Part shown: in pieces, positions 56,033 to 64,000 of the stretch
Layout: each line of letters starts with the position of its first letter
Position numbering within the stretch: the stretch's first letter is position 1
NCBI GenBank assembly: GCA_035623685.1
Contig: DASPSY010000094.1
Coordinates: 3,305-67,304, forward strand
Direction: 5' to 3'
Length of the DNA: 64,000 bases
Source of the DNA: Gaiellaceae bacterium
GTDB lineage: Bacteria; Actinomycetota; Thermoleophilia; Gaiellales; Gaiellaceae
The notes under the pieces: generated by a model
Told to the model about the DNA's origin: nothing
Database searches by the model: none
What the model saw: the letters and a program-made list of their open reading frames with translations, nothing else
Made by a program: the position numbers and the translations under genes

Positions 56033-57003
56033 GCCGATCCGCCTCCTTGCGCCGCCGTGGTCACCTGCGCGCGTCTCGCGCTCTGCATCGACGAGGGAAG
56101 CCGGAAGTGGACGTCCTCACGCGCGACGGTGATCTCCTCGAGCTCCGACCAGCCGAGCTCGGAGAGCCGAGCGACGGTCGCTTGCACGAGCGCCTCCGGC
56201 GTCGACGCGCCGGCGGTCAGGCCGATCGTCTCGTGCGGCGCGAGCGAGGACCGGTCGAGCGCGTCCTCGCCTTCGATCAGCTCCGCCTCGGCGCCGGCGT
56301 TGCGCGCGACCTCGACGAGCCGCTGCGCGTTCGAGCTCGTCTGCGAGCCGATCACGAGGATGAGGCTCGCCTCCTCGGCGAGCTGCTTGACTGCGTCCTG
56401 CCGATTCTGGGTCGCGTAGCAGATGTCATCGGCGGCTGGCCGCCGGAGGTTACCGAACCGCTCCGAGAGGGCCTCGACCGTCTCGCTCACGTCGTCGAGC
56501 GACAGCGTCGTCTGTGTGACCACTGCGACCGGCAGGCCGCCTGCGTCCAGGCGCCGCGCGTCCTCCGGCGACTCGATCACGACCGTGGACTCGGGCCGCT
56601 CGCCGCGCGTCCCGATCACCTCGACATGGTCGGCGTGGCCGACGAGCGCAACCAGGTGGCCGCTGTCCGCGTACCGGCGCGCCTCGGCGTGCACCTTCGA
56701 GACCAGCGGACAGACGGCGTCGACGACGCGCAGTCCCCGTTGCTCGCAGTTCTCGCGGACCGACGGCGCAACGCCGTGCGCGGAGAGCACGCAGATCTCG
56801 CCCGCCGGGACCTCGTCCTCGGAGTCGACGAAGACGGCGCCCAACCCCTCGAGCCGTCGCACGACGTGGTCGTTGTGCACGATCTGGTGCCTGACGTAGA
56901 TCGGCGGCCCGTGCTCGGCGAGCAGGCGCTCGACGATCTCGATCGCACGGTCGACGCCCGCACAGAAGGAGCGCGGCGCGGCGAGCAGGACACAGCGACT
57001 CAC
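56029..57003 (-). CDS. ispH: 4-hydroxy-3-methylbut-2-enyl diphosphate reductase
   Basis: GTG 57003 in ORF 56029..57408: VSRCVLLAAPRSFCAGVDRAIEIVE...IYVRHQIVHN..., SAHGV, DAVCPLVSKVH, HVEV, VTQTT, ICYATQNRQ and GSQTSSNAQRL. Confidence 0.92.
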   Translation of the reverse strand: MSRCVLLAAPRSFCAGVDRAIEIVERLLAEHGPPIYVRHQIVHNDHVVRRLEGLGAVFVDSEDEVPAGEICVLSAHGVAPSVRENCEQRGLRVVDAVCPLVSKVHAEARRYADSGHLVALVGHADHVEVIGTRGERPESTVVIESPEDARRLDAGGLPVAVVTQTTLSLDDVSETVEALSERFGNLRRPAADDICYATQNRQDAVKQLAEEASLILVIGSQTSSNAQRLVEVARNAGAEAELIEGEDALDRSSLAPHETIGLTAGASTPEALVQATVARLSELGWSELEEITVAREDVHFRLPSSMQSARRAQVTTAAQGGGSA

Positions 57004-57028
57004 GGCGTCCGCTCCTGACGGCGTCGTC

Positions 57029-57598
57029 TCACGAAACCGCCTCGAGGCTCTTGAGCGCCCGCCGCGCGTCGCGGGCCGCGCGCGCGGTCGCGCGCGGCTC
57101 CCGGACGAGCGCGCGGAAGAAGCCGCGGTAGTCGGTCTCGCCGCTCGGCTTCGCCGCCTGCGCAAGGCCGCCCAGCTGCCGCTCGGGCGTGTCGCTGATC
57201 GCCCTGACGCAGCCGGCCAGCCGGCCGCTGCGCGCGAGCGGGCCAGACTCCATGTCGACGACGTCCGCGCCGGTCTCCGCGCACAGCCGCGCACGCTCGG
57301 CCGGAAGGTCGACGATCCGCGAGGCGCCGAGCACCGTGCCGGTGCGCGCCGAGGAGACGCCAAGCGGCCCGCCCTCCCACAGGACGTGCCCATCCTCGTC
57401 GACGACACGCGTCGCGTCGATCACCGTGCCGACCGGGAGATCGCTGCGCAACGCGCCGGCGATCCCGAACGAGACGAGCCGGCCCTCCGGCACGCCGTTC
57501 GCCGTGCCGAGGCCGACTCTCACCGTCGGCCCGAGACGGCGGGCGATCCGTTCCTCGACCGTCATCGCACAGGCGAAGGTCAACCCGTCAGTGTCCAC
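57029..57598 (-). CDS. hpnG: hopanoid-associated phosphorylase/nucleosidase (PNP_UDP fold)
   Basis: ...LTFACAMTVEERIA..., SFGIAGAL and VVDMESGPLA are MTA/SAH-nucleosidase-like motifs. Positioned directly after hpnH. The start could be GTG 57598 or ATG 57565. Confidence 0.65.
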   Translation of the reverse strand: MDTDGLTFACAMTVEERIARRLGPTVRVGLGTANGVPEGRLVSFGIAGALRSDLPVGTVIDATRVVDEDGHVLWEGGPLGVSSARTGTVLGASRIVDLPAERARLCAETGADVVDMESGPLARSGRLAGCVRAISDTPERQLGGLAQAAKPSGETDYRGFFRALVREPRATARAARDARRALKSLEAVS

Positions 57599-58584
57599 GC
57601 CATGCTCCTGGCGCTCTCCTTGATCGAGCCGGCAGCCTCGTACGCGGCCGACGGCTCGAACCCCGAATGGATGGCGCAGTGCTCGCAGCGTGCGTCGTTC
57701 CCCGGGCCGTACTCATCCCACTCGATGCCGTCGAGGAGCGCGTCGTAGGTCGGGAAGATCCCGTCTGTCAGCAGGTAGCACGGCCCCTTCCACCCATACG
57801 GGTTGCGCGTGATCGATCCCCACGGCGCGCACGGGAGCTTGCGCTCGCCAGTCAGGAACTCCTGGTAGATCGGGCTCGCGAGCCACCGGTAGCCGCGCTG
57901 ACGGGCGACCTTGCGGATGATGCGGAACTTCTCCTCGTGCTCCGCGCGCGTCATCGTCAGCGACGGGTCGATCTGCGAGTACTGATAGCCAGGAGCGATC
58001 AGCATGCCGTCGATGCCGACCTCGTTCGTCAGGTAGCCCATCATCTCGAGCAGGTCGTCGACGGATGTCTCCTTGAAGATGGTCGTGTTCGTCGTGACGC
58101 GGAACCCGGCCTCGCGCGCCTTCTTGATCGCGTCGACCGCGACGTCCCACAGGCCCGGGTAGTCGCAGATGTAGTCGTGGATCTCGCGCATCCCGTCGAG
58201 GTGCACGACGAACGTGAGCCGGTGGCTCGGCGTGAAGACGTCGAGGTACTGCTCGAGGCGCAGGGCGTTCGTGCAGAGATCGATGTTCTTCTCCAGCTCG
58301 AGCATCCCGGCGACGACGTCCTCGATGCCCTTGTAGACGAGCGGCTCGCCGCCGCAGATCGAGACCACGGGCGCGGGGCACTGGACGCCCGCGTCGAGAC
58401 ACTCCTCGACCGTGAGGCGCGCCTTGTTCGACTCGTACTCGCGGATCTTCCCGCAGCCGATGCAGGCGATGTTGCAGGCGAGCGTCGGCTCGAGCATCAG
58501 CACGAGCGGATATCGCTCGCCCTTCCGTTGCTGCTGAGCGACGTAGCGGCCGATCTGGACCGTTGAGCGGAGCGGGAACTTCAT
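57580..58584 (-). CDS. hpnH: adenosylhopane synthase, radical SAM protein HpnH
   Basis: ATG 58584 (ATGA overlap with the shc stop): MKFPLRSTVQIGRYVAQQQRKGERYPLVLMLEPTLACNIACIGCGKIREY (CxxxCxxC)...GGEPL...VHLDG...CAPWGSITRNPYGWKGPCYLL...CEHCAIHSGFE. Confidence 0.87.
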   Translation of the reverse strand: MKFPLRSTVQIGRYVAQQQRKGERYPLVLMLEPTLACNIACIGCGKIREYESNKARLTVEECLDAGVQCPAPVVSICGGEPLVYKGIEDVVAGMLELEKNIDLCTNALRLEQYLDVFTPSHRLTFVVHLDGMREIHDYICDYPGLWDVAVDAIKKAREAGFRVTTNTTIFKETSVDDLLEMMGYLTNEVGIDGMLIAPGYQYSQIDPSLTMTRAEHEEKFRIIRKVARQRGYRWLASPIYQEFLTGERKLPCAPWGSITRNPYGWKGPCYLLTDGIFPTYDALLDGIEWDEYGPGNDARCEHCAIHSGFEPSAAYEAAGSIKESARSMAWTLTG

Positions 58585-60371
58585 TCGCGATTGAGCCTTT
58601 CTCTCAGTCTCCCCAATGCAAGAAGGGGAAACGTGAGCCGGTAGAGGTGATAGCGAATCATGAAGTCGAGCGGGAAGCCCGTGCCTGTGAAGTGCTGCTC
58701 GTCCCAGTCGCCGTCGCGAAGCTGGGTGCGGCAAAGATACTCAGCCGCCCGCCGCGTCGACAAGCGACGTCCCTCGCCCGCAGCCACGTAGGCGAGCAGC
58801 GCCCAGGCCGTCTGCGACGCCGTCGCGGCGCCGCGGCCGCGCCTCGCCGGATCCGCGTAGGAGCCGACGTCCTCGCCGAACGCGCCTCCAGGCTGCTGGA
58901 CGGAGTCGAGCCACGCGACCGCGGAGCGGTAGGCGGGGTGGTCGTATGGAAGGCCGCACGCCTCGAGCGCCGGGAGGGCCGCACCGGTGCCGTAGACGTG
59001 GTTCACGCCCCAGCGGCCGAACCAGGAGCCGTCCGCCTCCTGCTCGGCGAGGAGCCATGCGAGGCCCTCGCGGACCGGCGCGGCGTAGCCGTCCTCGGGT
59101 GCGAGCGCCTCGAGCGCATGCGCCGTCACGTCAGCGCTCGGCTCGTCGGTCACCTTGCCGAAGTCGCAGAACGGGATCCGGTAGAGCCACATCGCCTCGT
59201 TGTCGACGTCGAAGGCGCCCCAGCCGCCCGAGCGCGACTGCATTCCCGCCGTCCAGTCGAGACCGCGTCGGATTGCGGCGTCGCCGATGTCGAGCTCGCG
59301 CAGCGCGAGCGCGACGACCACCGTGTCGTCCACGTCGGGATAGAGGTCGTTCTCGAACTCGAACGCCCAGCCGCCGGGTTCGAGCTCCGGCAGCCGGATC
59401 GCCCAGTCGCCGCTGGGGTTCGTCACCTCCTCGGCCAGCAGCCAGCTGCCCGCAGCCTGCAGCTGCGGATGGTCGGCCGGCACGCCGGCCGCGCGCAGGC
59501 CCAGGACCGCGAGCGCCGTGTCCCAGACCGGTGACTGGCACGCCTCCGGGCGGAGGCGGTCGCCGTCCTCGATCATGAACGCGTCCCAGCCCTGGACCGC
59601 GCGACGGAAGGTCTCGTCCTCGAACCCGTGGCCGAGGGCCGCGAGCATGAGGATCGCCCACACCCAGGGCGGCTGGATCCCGCCCCAGGAGCCGTCGGCC
59701 TCCTGCCGTGCGCGCACCCAACGCTCGCCGGCGGCGATCGCCTCGCGTCGGAGGCGCCCGGGCCGCGCCGCGGGCTGCGACTCCCCCGGGCGAGCACCGA
59801 TGTCGCGCAGGTCGAGATCCGCGGGCCTGACGGGTCGCAACGCGCTCGTCACCGCAAGCGGCACGAACGTGCACCGCGCCCAGCACGAGAAGCTGTAGAC
59901 CGAGATCGGGAACGACGGTCGAGAGAGCACGAGTTCGGGCGGGATCGGCACGATCCGCTGCCACGGCCATTGCCCGAGCAGCGCGAGGAAGCACTTGGTG
60001 AAGATGCGCGCCCGCGGGACACCGCCGTTTCTCCGGATGAAGTCGCGCGCGGGCGGCCCCGCGTCGACTCCGGCGAGCTTCAGGGCGACGTACGCCTCGA
60101 TCGTCGTGTCGAGATCGCCCGGGCCCTCGAACCAGATGCCCCACGTGCCGTCGTCGCGCTGTCGCGTGAGCAACTCGCTGGCGATCCTCCGGTCGAGCTC
60201 GGGCGTGCGCAGTCCGAGCACGTGATGCCAGAAGAGATGCTGGGCGGTCATGGTCACGTTCGACTCGAGCTCTCCCTTCCACCAGCCGTCCGGATGCTGG
60301 AGCTCGAGCAGCCGCTCCGCCGCCATGTCGACGGCACGGTCGAGAGAGGTCAGCTCGGCCACCGCGCTCAC
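58581..60371 (-). CDS. shc: squalene-hopene cyclase
   Basis: GTG 60371 (GTGA overlap with the hpnE stop). Repeated QW motifs (QHPDGWW, QRDDGTWG, QEADGSWGG, QSRSGGWGAF, QEADGSWFGRWG, QQPGGAFG, QLRDGDW). Catalytic DVDDTVVV. Confidence 0.92.
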   Translation of the reverse strand: MSAVAELTSLDRAVDMAAERLLELQHPDGWWKGELESNVTMTAQHLFWHHVLGLRTPELDRRIASELLTRQRDDGTWGIWFEGPGDLDTTIEAYVALKLAGVDAGPPARDFIRRNGGVPRARIFTKCFLALLGQWPWQRIVPIPPELVLSRPSFPISVYSFSCWARCTFVPLAVTSALRPVRPADLDLRDIGARPGESQPAARPGRLRREAIAAGERWVRARQEADGSWGGIQPPWVWAILMLAALGHGFEDETFRRAVQGWDAFMIEDGDRLRPEACQSPVWDTALAVLGLRAAGVPADHPQLQAAGSWLLAEEVTNPSGDWAIRLPELEPGGWAFEFENDLYPDVDDTVVVALALRELDIGDAAIRRGLDWTAGMQSRSGGWGAFDVDNEAMWLYRIPFCDFGKVTDEPSADVTAHALEALAPEDGYAAPVREGLAWLLAEQEADGSWFGRWGVNHVYGTGAALPALEACGLPYDHPAYRSAVAWLDSVQQPGGAFGEDVGSYADPARRGRGAATASQTAWALLAYVAAGEGRRLSTRRAAEYLCRTQLRDGDWDEQHFTGTGFPLDFMIRYHLYRLTFPLLALGRLRERLNRE

Positions 60372-61606
60372 GCGGCCACCTGTGAGGTTCGTGCCGCGAG
60401 CGCGCGCGCCGCGGCGCGGCCGGACCGCACGGCGCTCTCCATCGTCGCCGGCCAGCCGGTGTCCGTCCACGCGCCCGCGCGAACGACGTTCGGCCGCGAC
60501 GTCTCTGCGCCCGGTCGCACGCGCGCGGTGCCGGGCCGGAGCGCGATCGTCGCGTGCGGTTCCCGCGAGACGCGTGACCAGACGAGCTCGGCCGGGCCGA
60601 GCCGCTCGGTCAGCTGCCCCGCGATCAGATCGACGAGCGCGCGGCCGCGAAGCTCCATCAACTCCGGCACGCCACTCGACACTACCGTCAGGTACTGGCC
60701 TTCCGCGGGCGGATGTCGCGTCAGCGCGCCGCGGTCGAAGACCCAGTGCGCATCGGATCCGAGCAGTGCCGCCAACGGGGGCTCGAGCAACTTCCGGTCG
60801 AACTGGAGGTGCACGCTCACGATCGGCGAGTCCTCGAGCCGGGGCGGCGGCTCGTCGAGCAGGCGCGCGCACTCGTTCGGCGGCACGGCCAGGACGACAG
60901 CGTCCGCGTCGAGGTCGTCGAGCGACTCGACCCGCGAGCCCGTGTGGACGGACGCGCCGGCCGCCTCGAGCGCACGTCCCGCCGCGTCGCCGTGCATCCA
61001 GCCGAGCGGTCTCGCCGGCAGCAGCACCTCGCTCGCCTTGCGTCCCGAGAGAAGTCCTGTCTGAACCGTGAACAGCGCGGCTCCAGCACTCACCGCTCGC
61101 GTCGGCAGGTTGAGCGCGGGGCGGATGAACACGTCCCAGAACCGATCGATCGCCCGCTCGGTCTGTCCCATCCGCAGCAGCACCTTGCCGAACGTCTCGT
61201 CGTCGTGGGCCGCGGGCTCGAGCCCGCGCAACGACAGGAGCACCCGCGCGCCAGGCCGCTCGCGGCGCGGGAGGTGGCCGTACCTCCCGAGCAGGATCGA
61301 GAGCGCGGAGATCCGTGACCAGTGCCGGTTCTCGTCCACGACGGGGAGGTCGAGCCGCAGCCGGTCGACGGAGCCGGCTTCGCCGACGCGCTCGAGGAAG
61401 CGGATGTACTCGGTGAAGCAGCCGAGCGCGATGTGCTGGCCGTTGTCCGGCGGCGGACTCGGGTCTCCCTCGCGCTCCGGAAGCGTCTGCACCGCGCCGC
61501 CGAGCGTCGGCCGCGCCTCGACCAGCGTGACCTCGTGGCCCGCGTCGACGAGCTCGAGCGCGGCGGTGCAGCCGGCGAGCCCGCCGCCGACCACGACCGC
61601 TCTCAT
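60368..61606 (-). CDS. hpnE: hydroxysqualene dehydroxylase (FAD-dependent amine-oxidase fold)
   Basis: ATG 61606 (ATGA overlap): MRAVVVGGGLAGCTAALELVDAGHEVTLVEARPTLGG is an FAD dinucleotide fold. Located between hpnD and shc. Confidence 0.75.
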   Translation of the reverse strand: MRAVVVGGGLAGCTAALELVDAGHEVTLVEARPTLGGAVQTLPEREGDPSPPPDNGQHIALGCFTEYIRFLERVGEAGSVDRLRLDLPVVDENRHWSRISALSILLGRYGHLPRRERPGARVLLSLRGLEPAAHDDETFGKVLLRMGQTERAIDRFWDVFIRPALNLPTRAVSAGAALFTVQTGLLSGRKASEVLLPARPLGWMHGDAAGRALEAAGASVHTGSRVESLDDLDADAVVLAVPPNECARLLDEPPPRLEDSPIVSVHLQFDRKLLEPPLAALLGSDAHWVFDRGALTRHPPAEGQYLTVVSSGVPELMELRGRALVDLIAGQLTERLGPAELVWSRVSREPHATIALRPGTARVRPGAETSRPNVVRAGAWTDTGWPATMESAVRSGRAAARALAARTSQVAA

Positions 61607-62442
61607 CGTCGCAACCCCTTGCCGACGATGCGCAGCTTCGTCAGCGGCGACAGCCGCGGCGGACCGGCGAAGACGTCGAATCCCGCGGAGTCGATCCGGT
61701 CCAACGTCGCCTCGTAGAGATCCGCGAACGTCGCGACGCAGAGGGCGCTGCGTCCGTCGAGCGAGTCGAGGAGTCGCCGCCCGTCCTCGAGGTAGGCGCG
61801 CGCGCGGGCCGCCTGGAACGCCATCAGCGCGCGCCACGCGTCGTTTGCGCGGTGCTCGGCGATGTCGTACTCGGCGACGCCGAACGAGGCGAGCTCGTCT
61901 TGCGGGATGTAGACGCGGCCGAGCTCCCAGTCCTCGCGGACGTCGCGCATGATGTTGATCAGCTGCAGTGCGACGCCGAGCGCCTCGGCTCGCATCAAGT
62001 CGTCCGAGCCGTAGACCGCGATGCACGCGTGGCCGACCGCTCCCGCGACTTTCTCGCAGTAGCCGCGGAGCTCGTCGAAGGTCGCGTAGCGGGTCTGGTC
62101 GAGGTCCTGCACGCCGCCGTCGACGAGCGCCTGCAACGCGGACTCGGCGATCGGGAAACGCGTGCGCGCGTCACCGAGCGCGATCAGCATCGGATCGTTG
62201 CCGGGCGGAGCGTCGAGCGCCGCGCGCAGCTCCTCGAGCTGAGCGCGCTTCTCGACCGAGGGGAGATCACCGTCGGCGATGTCGTCGACGCGCCGGGCGA
62301 ACGCGTAGATCGCCGCAATCGCACGTCTCTTCTCCCGCGGGAGCACCATGATCCCGTACGCAAAGTTGCGCGCGCGCCTGCGCGTCAGCCGTTGGACCTC
62401 GCCGTACGCGGCGTCGACGCTCATCGTGGTGTCGACACTCAT
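61603..62442 (-). CDS. hpnD: presqualene diphosphate synthase (SQS/PSY family)
   Basis: ATG 62442 (ATGA overlap with the hpnC stop; alternative ATG 62424): ...RNFAYGIMVLPREKRRAIAAIYAFARRVDDIADG..., YCEKVAGAVG, and NIMRDVREDWELGRVYIP. Confidence 0.8.
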   Translation of the reverse strand: MSVDTTMSVDAAYGEVQRLTRRRARNFAYGIMVLPREKRRAIAAIYAFARRVDDIADGDLPSVEKRAQLEELRAALDAPPGNDPMLIALGDARTRFPIAESALQALVDGGVQDLDQTRYATFDELRGYCEKVAGAVGHACIAVYGSDDLMRAEALGVALQLINIMRDVREDWELGRVYIPQDELASFGVAEYDIAEHRANDAWRALMAFQAARARAYLEDGRRLLDSLDGRSALCVATFADLYEATLDRIDSAGFDVFAGPPRLSPLTKLRIVGKGLRR

Positions 62443-63233
62443 CGCACCGCTGCGAGGGCAAGCCGCATCCGCGACGGACGAGGGCGCTGCGTGAAGATGT
62501 CCCACTGCGCGGACTCGAGCGCTTCGAGTGCGGCGAGGCCTCCGCGCGCGAACAGGCCGACGGCCCGGCCGACGCGTCCGCCGATCCGCGCTTGCAACAC
62601 CCCCCCGGACGAGAGGAGCAGGCGCGCACGCGACGCTTCGAACTCGAGCAGGGCCCGGAGCTCGGCGCCCGGCCGGTCGAGCGCGACGACGTCGAAGAGG
62701 CGACGGTCCTCAGCGGGCAGGTAGATGCGGCCGAGCTCGAGGTCGCGCGGGACGTCCTGGAGGAAGTTGACGAGCTGCAGGCCCGTACAGACCTCGTCGC
62801 TGGCCGCGACGAGCCGCTCGTCGTCGGCCATGCGCAGGACGCCGAGCACGAGCCTCCCGACCGGGTCGGCCGAATGCATGCAGTAGAAGCGCAGGTCCTC
62901 CCACGTCTCGTACTCGGAGATCCGCTGGTCCATCCGGTTCGCCTCGATCAGCCGGAGGAATGGCTCGCACGGGAGGTCGAACTCGCGAATCGTGGGCTGC
63001 AGCACCACCATCACCGGCCATTCCGGTCGGCCGGTGTAGCAGCGGTCGACCTCTCGCTCGAGCTCGTCGAGCGCCGCCAGCCGGTCTCCGTCGACCTCGT
63101 CCCCGAGGATGTCGACGAGCCGCGCGAAGCCGTAAATCGCGCGCAGGTGCGGGCGCAGGCTCCGCGGGAAGAGGAACGAGGCGACCGGGAAGTTCTCGGT
63201 CCGCGCGCGACGGGCAACGGAAGCCGCGTCCAT
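62439..63233 (-). CDS. hpnC: hydroxysqualene synthase (SQS/PSY family)
   Basis: ATG 63233 with GAGGTGAAGG SD: MDAASVARRARTENFPVASFLFPRSLRPHLRAIYGFARLVDILGDE..., YCMHSADPVG, and NFLQDVPRDLELGRIYLP. First gene of the hpnCDE-shc order. Confidence 0.8.
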   Translation of the reverse strand: MDAASVARRARTENFPVASFLFPRSLRPHLRAIYGFARLVDILGDEVDGDRLAALDELEREVDRCYTGRPEWPVMVVLQPTIREFDLPCEPFLRLIEANRMDQRISEYETWEDLRFYCMHSADPVGRLVLGVLRMADDERLVAASDEVCTGLQLVNFLQDVPRDLELGRIYLPAEDRRLFDVVALDRPGAELRALLEFEASRARLLLSSGGVLQARIGGRVGRAVGLFARGGLAALEALESAQWDIFTQRPRPSRMRLALAAVR

Positions 63234-63304
63234 GCCGAAACCTTCACCTCTTTGCCCGCCGTCAGTCAAACGGCGCCCCGGCTCGACGCCTCGCCTTGGG
63301 GCGG

Positions 63305-64000
63305 TCAGCCGGCCTGCGTCACCGGCTCGGGGACGTCTCGCATCTCGTCCTGCTTCACGAGCGTGATCGTGGCGATCACGCCCGCGATCGCGATCCCGGC
63401 GAGCGCCCAGAAGGCCCACGTGTACCCGGCGGTGAGCGCCACGAGACTGTGAGGCCCGAGTCCGAGCGAGCGCGTGTGACTCGCGGCGATCGTCGAGGCG
63501 ACGGCGACGCCGATCGCGCCGCCGATCTGCTGCGAAGTGTTGATCAAGCCCGAGGCGAGCCCGGACTCCTTCACCTGGACCCCCGCGAGCGCGGCGATCG
63601 AGACGGGAATGAACGAGAACGCGAGGCCGACGCCCATCATCAGGTACCCCGGCAGCAGATCCGAGACGTAGTCGCCGCTTACCGGGACCTGCGCGTACCA
63701 GATCATCGCGCCTGCGGTCAGCGCCATCCCGGTCGCCAGGATCCACTTCGGGCCGTAGCGCGTCACCAGCGCCTGCGTGGGCGCGGCCACGATCACGACG
63801 GTTCCCGCCGTTGCAATGAAGGTCGCACCGGTCTTGAGCGCAGACCAGCCGAGCACGCCCTGTACGTACAGCGTGAGGACGAAGAAGTTGCTGAACACGA
63901 CGGCACCGAGCAGGAAGCCGACGACGTTCGCGCCCGCGACGGTGCGCGTGCGGAAGATCCGGAACGGCAAGATCGGATCCTTGGCCGTCCGCTCGACCGC
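63305..64000 (-). CDS. MFS transporter (DHA2/EmrB-QacA-like), N-terminal part beyond window
   Basis: ORF 63305..63970 plus in-frame continuation to the window edge (...AVERTAKDPILPFRIFRTRTV...). Successive TM helices include GWSALKTGATFIATAG and LINTSQQIGGAIGVAV. Confidence 0.8.
   Translation of the reverse strand, partial: AVERTAKDPILPFRIFRTRTVAGANVVGFLLGAVVFSNFFVLTLYVQGVLGWSALKTGATFIATAGTVVIVAAPTQALVTRYGPKWILATGMALTAGAMIWYAQVPVSGDYVSDLLPGYLMMGVGLAFSFIPVSIAALAGVQVKESGLASGLINTSQQIGGAIGVAVASTIAASHTRSLGLGPHSLVALTAGYTWAFWALAGIAIAGVIATITLVKQDEMRDVPEPVTQAG

Noticed and set aside
58563-62724. Long plus-strand ORFs across the hopanoid cluster (e.g. 58563..59534, 59628..61064, 60713..61318, 61852..62724)
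   Set aside because: They lie antisense to genes with unmistakable SHC/HpnE/HpnD motifs. The translations are Arg/Asp/Glu/Val-rich without motifs.

Overview
Very GC-rich (codon third positions are almost always G/C; not computed), gene-dense chromosomal segment. It looks actinobacterial; a deep-branching high-GC lineage such as Thermoleophilia or Rubrobacteria is only a guess.

I can support about 68 protein-coding genes, one clear SAM-I riboswitch, a candidate branched-chain leader peptide/attenuator, a candidate structured gltB leader, two hairpin terminators and a few promoter/operator candidates. I saw no rRNA, tRNA, CRISPR array, transposase, integrase or phage genes.

Layout:
- Left ~36 kb is an unusually contiguous amino-acid biosynthesis supercluster:
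  - glnA-like and carAB (minus strand), divergent from argCJBD-argR-argGH
  - hxlR-gltB
  - leader-leuA-(degenerate IPMDH-like)-ilvBNC-hom-ilvD
  - proAB
  - SAM riboswitch-thrC paralogue-leuB-pheA
  - leuCD
  - thrC-thrB
- Middle: rpoD/sigA, asparaginase-like, fpg/nei, ankyrin protein, orphan HK-like protein, folE2, plsY, two divergent SODs, ECF sigma/anti-sigma, thyX, DUF72, and an SDR-OCD-citrate synthase-PLP enzyme operon.
- Right ~11 kb, all on the minus strand: hopanoid cluster hpnC-hpnD-hpnE-shc-hpnH-hpnG-ispH-yjbQ-like, then three uncharacterised membrane proteins and a CopC-CopD fusion.

Genes are very often joined by 4-nt ATGA/GTGA start/stop overlaps.

Most interesting observations:
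1. Interleaved 11-bp and 9-bp helices (pseudoknot or switch) in the gltB leader.
2. A SAM-I riboswitch driving a second, zinc-ribbon ThrC paralogue (MetM-like hypothesis).
3. A catalytically degenerate isopropylmalate-dehydrogenase paralogue wedged between a regulatory-domain-less leuA and ilvB, behind an Ile/Val/Leu-rich leader peptide.
4. proA, whose conserved N-terminus has no canonical start codon.
5. An unassigned SDR-OCD-citrate synthase-PLP operon.
6. His-rich membrane proteins coupled to CopCD.

All functional calls come from reading the translated motifs by eye. No database search was run.
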